DNA from: Nitrospirota bacterium
GTDB lineage: Bacteria; Nitrospirota; Thermodesulfovibrionia; Thermodesulfovibrionales; Dissulfurispiraceae
Reading direction: 5' to 3'
NCBI GenBank assembly: GCA_963790025.1
Contig: CAWBMP010000004.1
Span: forward strand, 896,001 to 960,000
Length of the DNA stretch: 64,000 bases
The notes under the pieces are model-generated. The model was given only the letters and a program-made list of their open reading frames with translations. It did not search any database and had not been told where the DNA came from. Positions 29,331-39,600 of the stretch are shown here, piece by piece (the stretch's first letter is position 1; every line of letters starts with the position of its first letter). Position numbers and translations under genes: made by a program.

Positions 29331-30014
29331 TTATAGAATTCCTTTTTCCCTGAGGCTTACATAACTGCCGTCTCCGATAATTATGTGATCAAGTACCTGT
29401 ATGCCTATAATTTCACCTGCGCTTTTAAGCCGCCCTGTAACAGCGATGTCATCGCGGCTCGGGGCTGGATCACCGCTGGGATGGTTATGCACAAAAATGA
29501 CAGAGGCGGCAGATTCTCTTATCGCCTCCTTGAAGGCCTCACGGGGATGGATAAGAGAACCGGTCAACGTCCCCTCGGAAACCTTATGCTCGCGCAAAAA
29601 CCTGTTTTTCGCGTCTAGCAGCACAGCAATGAACAGCTCTTTTTTAAGGTTTTTGAATAGCGGGGAGAAGTGTTCATGTATCGAATGGCTTGATGAGAAT
29701 ACCGGCTCACCGTCTGAGGATTCACCCATCAGACGCTTGCCCAGCTCAAATGCCGCTTTGATCTGGGCTATCTTGGCCGTCCCAAGTCCTTTTATAGAGG
29801 ATAGTTCCGCAGCAGAAGCGGCATGAATGCTTCTTAACGATTTGAACTTTTCAAGTAGCGCTATGGAGAGGTCCAATACTCCTTTCTCACCGCTGCCCGT
29901 CCTCAGGATGATGGCAAGCAGTTGTGCGTCAGAAAGGTTCCCGGCGCCGTATTTGATAAGTCGCTCTCTCGGACGCTCGTTCTCGGGCCAGCTTGTCATC
30001 TTCAGCTCCGGCAT
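29331..30014 (-). CDS. radC: RadC/JAB domain protein
   Basis: RPRERL, LLAIILRTG, HPRE, HNHPSGD, LDHIIIG. Confidence 0.95.
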   Translation of the reverse strand: MPELKMTSWPENERPRERLIKYGAGNLSDAQLLAIILRTGSGEKGVLDLSIALLEKFKSLRSIHAASAAELSSIKGLGTAKIAQIKAAFELGKRLMGESSDGEPVFSSSHSIHEHFSPLFKNLKKELFIAVLLDAKNRFLREHKVSEGTLTGSLIHPREAFKEAIRESAASVIFVHNHPSGDPAPSRDDIAVTGRLKSAGEIIGIQVLDHIIIGDGSYVSLREKGIL

Positions 30015-30017
30015 TTT

Positions 30018-31982
30018 TTATTTCACCCGTGCACCCTGGAGCACGTCCCTGTCCAGGCCCAGCACCGACATCGTCCCGCCTTCGTCCGTGGCCGCAAGAA
30101 GCATACCCTGCGATTCTATGCCCATGAGCTTTGCGGGTTTCAGGTTTGCCACGACAACGATTTTTTTCCCGACAAGGTATTCAGGATCATATGCCTTTCC
30201 TATTCCCGCTACTATCTGTCTTTCTTCACCGGTATCTACTTTCAGTTTTATGAGTTTCTCCGATTTCTCTACCCGCTCTGCGCTGAGCACCAGCCCCACC
30301 TTGAGTTGTATCTTTACAAATTCTTCCATACCGATTAATTCGGTCGCCGCGGCTACACCCTGTTCAGTCACTTTAATTTTCTCCTTTGTCTTTTCCGCTT
30401 TCTGTTCCTTCTCTTCGGGTTTTTCGATCCTCGGGAAGAGATGCTCCCCTCTTGCGACCTTTATAGGGTATGCTGGTTTCCAGTCCCAATAGATAATAGT
30501 GCTTTGCCGGACTTCTTCAACCAATGATTGAAGTCCTAATTGCTTCCATATATTCTCTGCTGTCCAGGGCATAAAAGGATACAGCGAAAGAGCAGTCAAT
30601 CTCAATGCATTCCAAAGATTAGAAATAACTATCTTAAGTTCAGATGGATCGCTTTTGGCAAGCTTCCAGGGTTCCTTTTGCGCAATATGGTTATTAGCTT
30701 CACTGATGATATGCCAGATATTATCAAGGACCGCGTTGAACTGCAGCCGCTTCCAGTATTCCTCTTTACGTGCATTCAGACATGCATCACTGCACTGCCT
30801 TGAAAACTCGCCGTTCCCGCGCCCAACTTTATCATCCGCCTGCGGCAAATTGATATGCCCTCCAAAGTATTTTTCGGCCATGGTCAGAAACCTGCTGAGC
30901 AGGTTTCCCAGGTCGTTTGCCAGATCGGTATTTATACGCCGTATCAATGCATCTTCAGAGAAGTCACCATCAAGGCCGAATGACACCTCTCTGAAAAGAA
31001 AATATCTGAAGGCATCAACACCATATTTATCAGCCATATCATTAGGATCAACCACATTGCCCACGGACTTGGACATTTTCTTTCCATCGACGGTCCACCA
31101 GCCATGGGCAAAAATATTTCCGGGAAGGTCCATCCCCAATGCCATGAGCATAGTGGACCAATAGACTGCATGAGTGGTAAGGATATCCTTTCCCACCAGG
31201 TGGTGCGACGCCGGCCACCAGCTACCGGACGAGACAGGCGGAGCAAGGTATTGCGTTGCGGAAAAATAATTTACCAGTGCGTCGAACCAGACATATGTTA
31301 CGAAATTCTCGTCAAAAGGAAGGGGTATCCCCCAGGAAAGCCTGCTTTTCGGTCTTGATATGCAGAGGTCTCCAAGGGTATTGTTCTGGAGGAAGCCCAG
31401 CACCTCATTTTTGCGGGTATGCGGGAGTATATAATCAGGATGTACCTTATCGATATACTCGATCAATCTATCCTGATATTTTGACATAAGAAAGAAATAG
31501 TTCTCCTCGTATATCTGTTCAACAGGTCTGCCGCAATCGGGGCAGTTGCCTTCAATGAGATCTTTCTCGGTCCAGAACCGCTCGTCAGGAACACAGTACC
31601 ACCCTGAGTAGCTCCGCTTTTCAATTTCTCCGCGGTCATACAATATCTGCAGGAACTCCTGGACCGATTTTATATGCCTGGTATCGGTGGTACGTATAAA
31701 AGCGTCATTTGAGATGTTTAATTTGTGCCAGAGCAGCTTGAAATTCTGCACCATTATATCTGCATGCTCTTTGGGAGACTTGCCCCTCTCTGCCGCGGCC
31801 TTCTCAACCTTTTGCCCGTGCTCATCCGTGCCGGTCAGAAAAAATACCTCATCTCCTTTCAGGCGGTGATAGCGGGCAAGGATATCCGCCGCAATAGTAG
31901 TATATGCATGTCCAATATGAGGTATGTCGTTCACATAATAAATGGGCGTAGTAACATAAAAACTCTTGCCGCTTAAACTCAT
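30018..31982 (-). CDS. metG: Methionyl-tRNA synthetase with C-terminal tRNA-binding domain
   Basis: TTPIYY, HIGH, GTDEHG, YVWFDAL, KMSKS, SQGMLLAA. Confidence 0.97.
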   Translation of the reverse strand: MSLSGKSFYVTTPIYYVNDIPHIGHAYTTIAADILARYHRLKGDEVFFLTGTDEHGQKVEKAAAERGKSPKEHADIMVQNFKLLWHKLNISNDAFIRTTDTRHIKSVQEFLQILYDRGEIEKRSYSGWYCVPDERFWTEKDLIEGNCPDCGRPVEQIYEENYFFLMSKYQDRLIEYIDKVHPDYILPHTRKNEVLGFLQNNTLGDLCISRPKSRLSWGIPLPFDENFVTYVWFDALVNYFSATQYLAPPVSSGSWWPASHHLVGKDILTTHAVYWSTMLMALGMDLPGNIFAHGWWTVDGKKMSKSVGNVVDPNDMADKYGVDAFRYFLFREVSFGLDGDFSEDALIRRINTDLANDLGNLLSRFLTMAEKYFGGHINLPQADDKVGRGNGEFSRQCSDACLNARKEEYWKRLQFNAVLDNIWHIISEANNHIAQKEPWKLAKSDPSELKIVISNLWNALRLTALSLYPFMPWTAENIWKQLGLQSLVEEVRQSTIIYWDWKPAYPIKVARGEHLFPRIEKPEEKEQKAEKTKEKIKVTEQGVAAATELIGMEEFVKIQLKVGLVLSAERVEKSEKLIKLKVDTGEERQIVAGIGKAYDPEYLVGKKIVVVANLKPAKLMGIESQGMLLAATDEGGTMSVLGLDRDVLQGARVK

Positions 31983-32992
31983 TTTTTGGAACCTCTCCTT
32001 CTATGCCTGCGATAGCCATGCTTTCTTTCCTGCTGGCCCGGTTGACCCGGCTGGCCTGGTTGACCCAGCTGGCCCGGTTGACCCTGCTGGCCCGGCTGAC
32101 CCTGCTGGCCTGGTTGACCCTGCTGGCCCGGCTGACCCTGCTGGCTTGGCTGACCCTGCTGCCTGACGGCCGCATTCCTGTCACCTGAGTGTTGGCCCCA
32201 GTGCTTCCTTTCCCTGCGCTGCTGCGAGGGCCTCTCACTGGAAGTCGTCTTTGGGGACTCTTCAGCTTTCGGGGCGATCGTCGATATTTTATCTTCAATA
32301 ATAGCAATGGGAACATCTTCTACGCCGATGGGAATTTCATCATCAGAGGCAATAGTTTTCAGGTCACCTTCATATTCGTATCTCAAACAACACATAAGCC
32401 TGCTGCACAACCCGGAAAGCTTGCCGACATTCAGCACCAACTCCTGCCGCTTGGCCATTTTTATTGATACGGGGTCGAAAGAGGACAGGAAAGTGTTGCA
32501 GCATAATTCCCGTCCGCAAATCCCCACCCCTCCAACAAGCTTAGCCTCGTCCCTGACTCCGATCTGCCTCATTTCTATCCGGGTCTTGAATTTGGCGGCA
32601 AGGTCCTTTACAAGTTCTCTGAAATCTATTCTGCCATCAGCAGTAAAATAAAAAATAATCCTTTTTCTGTCGAGGGTTGATTCGGCGCCGACAAGCTTCA
32701 TGGGTAGCCCCCTAGCCATGACCCTTTCAGCGCAGAAGGCGCGAGCTTCTTTCTCAAGCCTCTCGTTTTCCTCCCTGGCCCTGAAATCCTCCTCGCTTGC
32801 CGGTCTAAGAATTTTTTTCAGTTCCCTTTCCGGAGCGTTGACAGAACGCTTTCCTCTAACCACTGTCCCTATGCTGAGACCGAAATCGGATTCAACAATC
32901 ACCGAATCTCCCTCTTTCACCTCTGATCCATCGATCTCGAAATCGTAAACTTTCCCGCAACGTTTGAATTTTATCCCAACCACTTCAGGCAT
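31979..32992 (-). CDS. PSP1-domain protein (YaaT/RicT-like) with Gln/Gly/Pro-rich tail
   Basis: [29 protein letters not shown]. Confidence 0.9.
   Translation of the reverse strand: MPEVVGIKFKRCGKVYDFEIDGSEVKEGDSVIVESDFGLSIGTVVRGKRSVNAPERELKKILRPASEEDFRAREENERLEKEARAFCAERVMARGLPMKLVGAESTLDRKRIIFYFTADGRIDFRELVKDLAAKFKTRIEMRQIGVRDEAKLVGGVGICGRELCCNTFLSSFDPVSIKMAKRQELVLNVGKLSGLCSRLMCCLRYEYEGDLKTIASDDEIPIGVEDVPIAIIEDKISTIAPKAEESPKTTSSERPSQQRRERKHWGQHSGDRNAAVRQQGQPSQQGQPGQQGQPGQQGQPGQQGQPGQLGQPGQPGQPGQQERKHGYRRHRRRGSKK
32031..32163 (-). repeat. Coding 9/18-bp tandem repeat (QQGQPG)n
   Basis: About seven 18-bp units visible in DNA and protein. Confidence 0.9.
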
Positions 32993-33938
32993 CCCTGTGT
33001 CCTCCGCATCCCCTAATTAAGGCTGATACATAATTCCATGTTATTGACTTGTTGAGATTAAAATCAAGCAGACCTCTCAGCTTATGGAGAGACTGATAAG
33101 TATCAAAAATTATCTTAACATCTGTTTTTCTGCTGAAATTTATACTTTCTTTTCCGTAGAGCAGGTCCGACTCGTTTCCGGTTGTTTTATATATAACTAA
33201 ATCTCTCAAAAAAATAAACGCCATGTCAAGCCAGGTCCGTATCGCCTCTTTATCAGCCCACGCCTCTTTTGACTCCTTATGTACCATGCTCCCGAGCAGG
33301 CCTCTGAACCACTCCAGATCTTTCACAAAATCGCGGGACAATGCAAGGCCGGGCCTGCCCATTGACAATTTGCTTACAAAACCTATTCGCTCTTGTCCCA
33401 CCGAGTGAGAAACCGTCTTTCTGAATGCTTCCCCAGGCAGGGGATAGAACCGTATCGCTATGCAGCGGGACCGTATAGTATCAGGCAGGCTGTCCGGATT
33501 CGACGATACAAGTATGATAAGACTATCCTGCGGGGGCTCTTCAAGTGTCTTTAAAAAGGCATTTACCGCATTTATGTTCATCGTATCTGCATCATCGATG
33601 ATGGCAATCTTCTTGCCGGCCTCAAGCGGCTTTAGGAAAAGCGTTTCCTCCAGCTTTCTGATCGCGTCAATTTTGATTTCGTCCTTTTCGGGAAAGGTGA
33701 ACGTAATGTCAGGGTGCGTTCCGGCATCGATCTTTTTGCATGAGCTGCAGATATCACAGCAATCAAAAGCAGCCGGCTTCAGACAGTTGACTGCCTTTGC
33801 AAAACCGACGGCAGCCAGCCTCTTGCCGATACCCGTGTCGCCGGAGAACAGCATAGCTGAAGGGACCCTGTCCCTCTTCAGCATGCCGAACAAAATTCTC
33901 AACGCTCTTTCCTGACCCGCTATATCGTTAAGTGCCAT
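32985..33938 (-). CDS. holB: DNA polymerase III subunit delta'
   Basis: G..GIGK, C..C..C zinc module, NAFLKTLEEPP, TIRSRC; follows tmk. Confidence 0.93.
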   Translation of the reverse strand: MALNDIAGQERALRILFGMLKRDRVPSAMLFSGDTGIGKRLAAVGFAKAVNCLKPAAFDCCDICSSCKKIDAGTHPDITFTFPEKDEIKIDAIRKLEETLFLKPLEAGKKIAIIDDADTMNINAVNAFLKTLEEPPQDSLIILVSSNPDSLPDTIRSRCIAIRFYPLPGEAFRKTVSHSVGQERIGFVSKLSMGRPGLALSRDFVKDLEWFRGLLGSMVHKESKEAWADKEAIRTWLDMAFIFLRDLVIYKTTGNESDLLYGKESINFSRKTDVKIIFDTYQSLHKLRGLLDFNLNKSITWNYVSALIRGCGGHRDA

Positions 33939-33952
33939 AAAATAAACCCTGG

Positions 33953-34585
33953 CTAAAGGCCCTTCTCCTTCAGCCTGTTATTGACGATTTCCCATACCTT
34001 TGCATGGACCTCATCTGGGGGCAACGAGGCATCCACTATGCTGACTCTACCCGGATCCGCCTTTGCAATCTCAAGATACCCCTCACGGACCCTCCGGTGA
34101 AATATGATATCTTCCAGTTCGAGTCTGTCCGTTTTATTTGCGCCCCTGTTTCTCTCGAGCCCTGCCTCAACATCAAGATCAAGAAGGACTGTAAGGTCCG
34201 GCAGCAGCCCGCCGGTCGCCAAGCGGTCGAGAGACATGATGAGAGCCCTGTCCAGACCCCGCCCGCAGCACTGATAAGCTACTGTCGAGTCGCTGAACCG
34301 GTCGGTAATGATTATTCTACCTTCATTAATTGCCGGCAATATCTTTTCCGCCAGATGCTGTGCCCGGGCGGCATTATAGAGCAGAAGCTCTGTAACTGCG
34401 GACATCTCCTGGTGTTCTGGAAGAAGGAGTATCTCCCTTATCTTGCTGCCGATAACGGTCCCCCCCGGCTCAAAAGTCAGGAACACCTCATGTCCCTCAC
34501 CTGAAAGCCGTTCGGAAAGAAGCCTCGCCTGGGTAGTTTTCCCCGTTCCGTCTATTCCCTCAAAGGAGAGGAAGAAACCGTTCAT
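33953..34585 (-). CDS. tmk: Thymidylate kinase
   Basis: EGIDGTGKTTQ, EPGGT, DRF.DST.AYQ. Confidence 0.95.
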   Translation of the reverse strand: MNGFFLSFEGIDGTGKTTQARLLSERLSGEGHEVFLTFEPGGTVIGSKIREILLLPEHQEMSAVTELLLYNAARAQHLAEKILPAINEGRIIITDRFSDSTVAYQCCGRGLDRALIMSLDRLATGGLLPDLTVLLDLDVEAGLERNRGANKTDRLELEDIIFHRRVREGYLEIAKADPGRVSIVDASLPPDEVHAKVWEIVNNRLKEKGL

Positions 34586-35595
34586 CCCAATGCTTCTTTA
34601 AGCCGCATAAGCAGTTGACATATCTTCGTGGTTTCCTCAATGCTCCTTAAAGCTGTGCCGCACGAGGGGGTAATAAGAATATTCTCCTGCACCAGTCCTG
34701 CAGGCAGGTGCTTGTAAAGTTCCTCAAAATGAGCACGCATTAATTCCATCAATTGCACGTCGTCCACTGTTTCAATGACATGCGAGGTCGGCACAATCCC
34801 CCACGCAAGATAGCCCCCGCCGCTCAAGAACTCCTTCAGGTCTTTGTGGTAGATTGCGAGTGTATCAAAATAATCAAATGCGTCAAAATTGATAATTTGT
34901 GCACCGGTCTCCATAACTATTGGCCAGTCAGCCCTTCCACAGCAATGGACGCCCGATATGCCGCCCGCATCTCTGACAGCTGACACCATATCCTTTAGCA
35001 ATCTGAACGCCTCGTCAGTATCCACGCCGATGTAGGATGAACCGCCCAAAGCCGAAAGTATCGGCTCATCGATAAAAATAATGACCTCTTCAGCGTGCTG
35101 TTTCAACGCGTCTATTTGCCATCGCATCTTTGCCTTCAGGAGCATCGCGGCTATTTCACGCAACTCCTCATCAAAGAAAATAAGTTTGCCGTCCTCGTCC
35201 TTGAGACCGAGAGTAAACGTGACAGGTCCGGTAACATGCCCCTTAAGAACCTTGAACCTCCTGCCCTTTACCTTCTTCAGGAATGCATGGAGACCGGCTG
35301 CATAATCTTCAGAAATAGAAATCCTGGAGGAGTCGGTACAGGACTCGTAAAACCGCTCAAGTTCGTCGCTTTCATCTCTCCTGACCCATGTTTTCCCTTC
35401 ACGCTCTTCAAATTTCATATAAGGCATGCCTTCTGTATACTGGGCGATCATCGACTCTCTGAAAGATTTATTGGGCAACTGCGGCCAGAAGGGGATATCG
35501 AAAGTCCTGAGCACAAGCTCGCAGGCGTCCCCGGCATTTCTATGGGGAAGACTGCCAATACCTGTTGTAGAAAAAGGTTTGATACGAAAAGACAT
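34582..35595 (-). CDS. Single-barrel 'core' methionine synthase-like protein
   Basis: TGIGSLPH, TGPVT, DEP, VHCC, AWGIVPT, TPSCG (Zn ligands HxC...C). Confidence 0.75.
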   Translation of the reverse strand: MSFRIKPFSTTGIGSLPHRNAGDACELVLRTFDIPFWPQLPNKSFRESMIAQYTEGMPYMKFEEREGKTWVRRDESDELERFYESCTDSSRISISEDYAAGLHAFLKKVKGRRFKVLKGHVTGPVTFTLGLKDEDGKLIFFDEELREIAAMLLKAKMRWQIDALKQHAEEVIIFIDEPILSALGGSSYIGVDTDEAFRLLKDMVSAVRDAGGISGVHCCGRADWPIVMETGAQIINFDAFDYFDTLAIYHKDLKEFLSGGGYLAWGIVPTSHVIETVDDVQLMELMRAHFEELYKHLPAGLVQENILITPSCGTALRSIEETTKICQLLMRLKEALG

Positions 35596-35639
35596 ATCGT
35601 ATTATAGCAAATGGCAAAACGAAAAATGTAAAATAAGGA

Positions 35640-36401
35640 GTGTTGAAAAACTCCGGCTTTGTTCATTGTTTTCTTTTCGCCATTATGATATTCATGTTTT
35701 CCGGCACGGCCTTCGCGCTTTCAGACGAGAAAGTGGCGGGACTTCAAAATACCCTGAAAGGCAGACCGACCGGTGAGCGGATCGCTCTTTTTGCGGAACA
35801 ATTTGTGGGTACTCCCTATGACCCCGACCCCCTCGGGAGGTATGTCACACAATCTGTGATTGTGGCGGACGAAAAAGTCGACTGTATGTATTTGGTCTTC
35901 AGGGTGGTTGAACTTGCCTTAAGCTCGACACCGGAGGAGGCGGTCAATACAGCATTGGAGAGACGCTTCCGCTCAAAAGGGATTGTAAGCAACGGTAAGG
36001 TAATCAATTATGAAGACCGGTTCGCTTATGGTGAAGACATGGTCTCCAGCGGCAAATGGGGGAAAGAGATAACGGCGGAAATCGGCAAGACGGTGTCGAT
36101 ACAGGGACGAATTTCAGGGGAGAGTATCGATATGCTCCCACCGTATGAATTGCTCAAACATACAGAAAAGCTCAAGAGCGGCGATCTCCTGTTTTTCATA
36201 AAACCTCCCTATAAAATGGCCTCGGACGAAATCGTGGGACATTTAGGTATTATTGAAAGGGCCCAATCCATGGGCGGGGACATCTACCTGATTCACGCGA
36301 GTGGCAGGAAAGGCAAAGGCGGTATAGTAAAGAAAACAGTATTGAGAGATTATATAAAAACTATGCCATTTATAGGAGCCAAAATCACGCGGTTCCCTTA
36401 G
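35640..36401 (+). CDS. Secreted NlpC/P60-like (DUF1460-like) amidase
   Basis: Signal peptide, FVGTPY, VDCM, GHLG, IHAS. Confidence 0.7.
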   Translation: MLKNSGFVHCFLFAIMIFMFSGTAFALSDEKVAGLQNTLKGRPTGERIALFAEQFVGTPYDPDPLGRYVTQSVIVADEKVDCMYLVFRVVELALSSTPEEAVNTALERRFRSKGIVSNGKVINYEDRFAYGEDMVSSGKWGKEITAEIGKTVSIQGRISGESIDMLPPYELLKHTEKLKSGDLLFFIKPPYKMASDEIVGHLGIIERAQSMGGDIYLIHASGRKGKGGIVKKTVLRDYIKTMPFIGAKITRFP

Positions 36402-36451
36402 GCCCTAAAGGCCTTCTGCAATACTATATTATCTTTCAAGGAAAGCACCTT

Positions 36452-36544
36452 TTATCTTCTCCTTGATGCCTTTGTTTGTTTTAGAAGTTTTTTATGTTTA
36501 TGCTTGCGCATCTTCTTCTTGCGCCATTTTACAACGTTACCCAC
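36452..36544 (-). CDS. 30-aa basic AURKAIP1/COX24-domain (bS22/mS38-like) protein
   Basis: AAGGAGGTG RBS then GTG: MGNVVKWRKKKMRKHKHKKLLKQTKASRRR*; too short for the ORF track. Confidence 0.88.
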   Translation of the reverse strand: MGNVVKWRKKKMRKHKHKKLLKQTKASRRR

Positions 36545-36651
36545 ACACTCACCTCCTTCTTATCAAGAAAAAAGTACAAAGTGAGAAGTAAAAAGTTAAA
36601 GGAATAAAAGAAAACGTAATCTATTTGCCCTTACTTTTTACTTTTAACTTT

Positions 36652-39600
36652 TTACTTCTTGCCTGTCTTTTCCGTTATCGTCTGCATAAATGCCTCAACC
36701 TGAAGTACTAAAGCATGCGACTCAGTGCCGTCATAAGGAATGCTGATACTCGCAATGCCGGATTTTCTGCTTACGGCTTTTAATAATGAAGTAACTATGG
36801 TCCCAGGCATACAACCAAACGGCATCGCATTAATAATGCCTTCTGCGCCTTTTGCAGCCAGGTTGATTACCTTTCCAATGCTTAATACCGTTTCCCCCTC
36901 GAATGAATCAGAAACGAAGGGTGATGCATTGTCCAATATCTCACTCGTCACCGGTTCCTCAAGCGTCTTCAAAAACCCCCTGAAGCAGCGGCCATATCTG
37001 TGTTCTATTCGCTTCTGGAGAAACCTTTTCAGAGAGATATTCATCATATCAGACCAGCGCCTTTTAATCAAGGCCTTTCTAAACGTCATAGCATTGACAT
37101 AATATATCCATTCTTCGACCGGGGCCAGCCATACTTCTCCGCCGAGGGACTCGATCTTACGTACCAGGTCCTCGTTGGAGAACTTATGCGTTCTGACGAA
37201 AATCTCACCTACAACACCGATGAGAGGACGCTGCTCTCTGCGGCGCGGGACCGATCTGAAATCAGCGCGCATGGCCCTTAAGAGGTGTTCCATGTCCCCG
37301 TTGCCGTTCTGACCCAGGGCCCGGTATATCTTGTCCCGATACCCCTCGTAAAGCTGCCCGGCGTCCCCAGCTTCACGCTCATAGGGCCTTGTCTCATGCA
37401 AACACTTGATCAGCAACTCATAAGCGACAATCCCTTTCCACGCCGTCATCGAAAAATCGCGTCCGGCCATACTGAGTTCACGGTAAAACGTCACATCCTG
37501 TGAAGGTGCAAATATGGGCACATCGTCGAATCCCAGTTTTTCGAGCAAAAGTTTATGTGAGATGTTGTATTGTCCGAACCTGCAGGGACCGGTCCCCGAA
37601 GGCATAAAAAAAGCCGACTTCCCGGGTTCGAAATCAGGGGAGAATACCTTCCTGAGCATATCTCCGGTCGTAACCAGGTAAGGATAACATTCCTTTCCCG
37701 ATACATACTTCCTGCCCACGTCTATAGTTGTTTTATCCGATTCCGGCAAAACCTCGGCCGGTATGCCGCACCGTTCAAATGCAGCTTTTATTGCAAAGGA
37801 GTGATCAGACATCTTCGGTATATAAACAGTTCGTTTCCTAGAAAAGATGGCGGCAGGCCGCAGGCCGCGGGCACGTTCCTTTTTGCTTGCTCCGAACTGC
37901 CTGCTATTCTGCTGTTGTATGCTGTCCAAAAAGGCCTCGCACCGGGTTATCGCTCCGGCGTCCGCACTGTGCTCGTCTATCTCTATGTGCAGGAATGGCT
38001 TGCCGGCCATTTCCTCCTTAAAATATTTGAGTATATACGAATCAGGACCGCAGGAAAAGTTTCCGATATAAATAGCGTAAAGATTAGGGGTATTTCTGAT
38101 AATACGGGCCGCCTTCAGTATTCTTTGTCCCGATCTCCAGTACATGTCCGGCCATGCATCCCGCATATCGACCTCTTCGAGCGGCAACATATCCATAGGG
38201 ATGGACATAGTGTCGATAGCAGCGAGTTTCCCCGGGATCCCCAAATTGACCTCGGGATCAAACGCATTATAAGCACGTCCTATTATCACTACTATTGGCT
38301 GGGTCCCTGAAGCATACTGTGCCAATAGTTCTTTGCCTTTCTGTCCTATTGCAGCTGAAAACGCTGCCTGCGACGTCGTGCCATGGCGGATAGCCCGGTC
38401 GATGTCCTTTTTTCCGACACCAAACTGCTTAAGGCACCTGAGTAGTTCTCTCTTCAGGTGCTCCATGCCCCTGCTGAAATCCACAATGGGCGTGATAGGC
38501 CGTATGCCCCTGATAGCAGCTTTAGATACATACGGAATGGTCTGAGTATGAGGACATGCTACCCCGTTAGGGTAGTCCTGTTCACTTTGATTAACGTCAA
38601 TGAAGCTTGGGATGAAGAGAGCATCAATCCCTGCATCGACCAGAAATTTAATATGCCCGTGTGCTACCTTTACAGGAAAACAGGCCTCGGAAAGAACATT
38701 CTCAACGCCCAGATGTATGATTTCCTTATTAGTCTTCGGGGATACGATCACCTCAAAACCGAGTTCCCGCAGAAAAGCCGACCAAAAGGGCAGATAATCA
38801 TGAAAAAAGAAAATATAGGGGATCCCTATTTTAACAAGGGCACGTTGACCGGAAGGCAGGAAATGATCGCGCCATAGCATCTCCTGCCTGAAAGCAAAAA
38901 GGTCCGGCAATGTCAGGTTCCTGGACCGCCTTACATCATAGCGTTCGCACCTGCCTCCAAAAAAAAGATGCCCATCTTCACCTTGTATTTTCACCTTGTT
39001 TATCTCACATACATTGGAACACCCTTTGCATTCAAACGAAGCAATATCATACGTAAGCTCCGACAGTGAAAAACCTTTGAATTTGGTCTTCCGTTCAGCC
39101 ACAGGCATCTGTTTAATGTGTCTCATTGCAATAAGGGCCATACCGATGGCACCGGTAACGTCATGATTGGGGGGTACTGTAATACCGGTGCCGAGGTAGT
39201 TCTCAAAAGCAGCTACCACAGCACTGTTGAAGGCCACTCCACCCTGAAAGAAAATATTCTTGCCGATAGGTTTTCCTGCAATGACCCTGTTCACGTAATT
39301 CTGCACAATTGAGTAAGAAAGGCCTGCCAGGAGATCGTCTTTTGCGGCCCCTTTCTGCAGGTTAGCCATGAGCGAATTTTCCATAAAAACTGTGCACCGT
39401 TCGCCAAGCCTGCAAGGCCGTCTCGAACGGAATGCGAGCGCCGCAAATTCATCCTTTACCGGAATGCCCAGTTTTTCAGCCTGTTCCTCCAAAAATGAGC
39501 CTGTTCCCGCCGCACACGCCTTGTTCATTTCAAAGTCAACGATAATGCCATCTATTATCGAAATATATTTAGAGTCCTGCCCGCCGATCTCAAAGATTGT

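Noticed and set aside
29331..30014. radC as a mobile-element marker
   Set aside because: Full-length chromosomal type embedded in the metG-purD operon.
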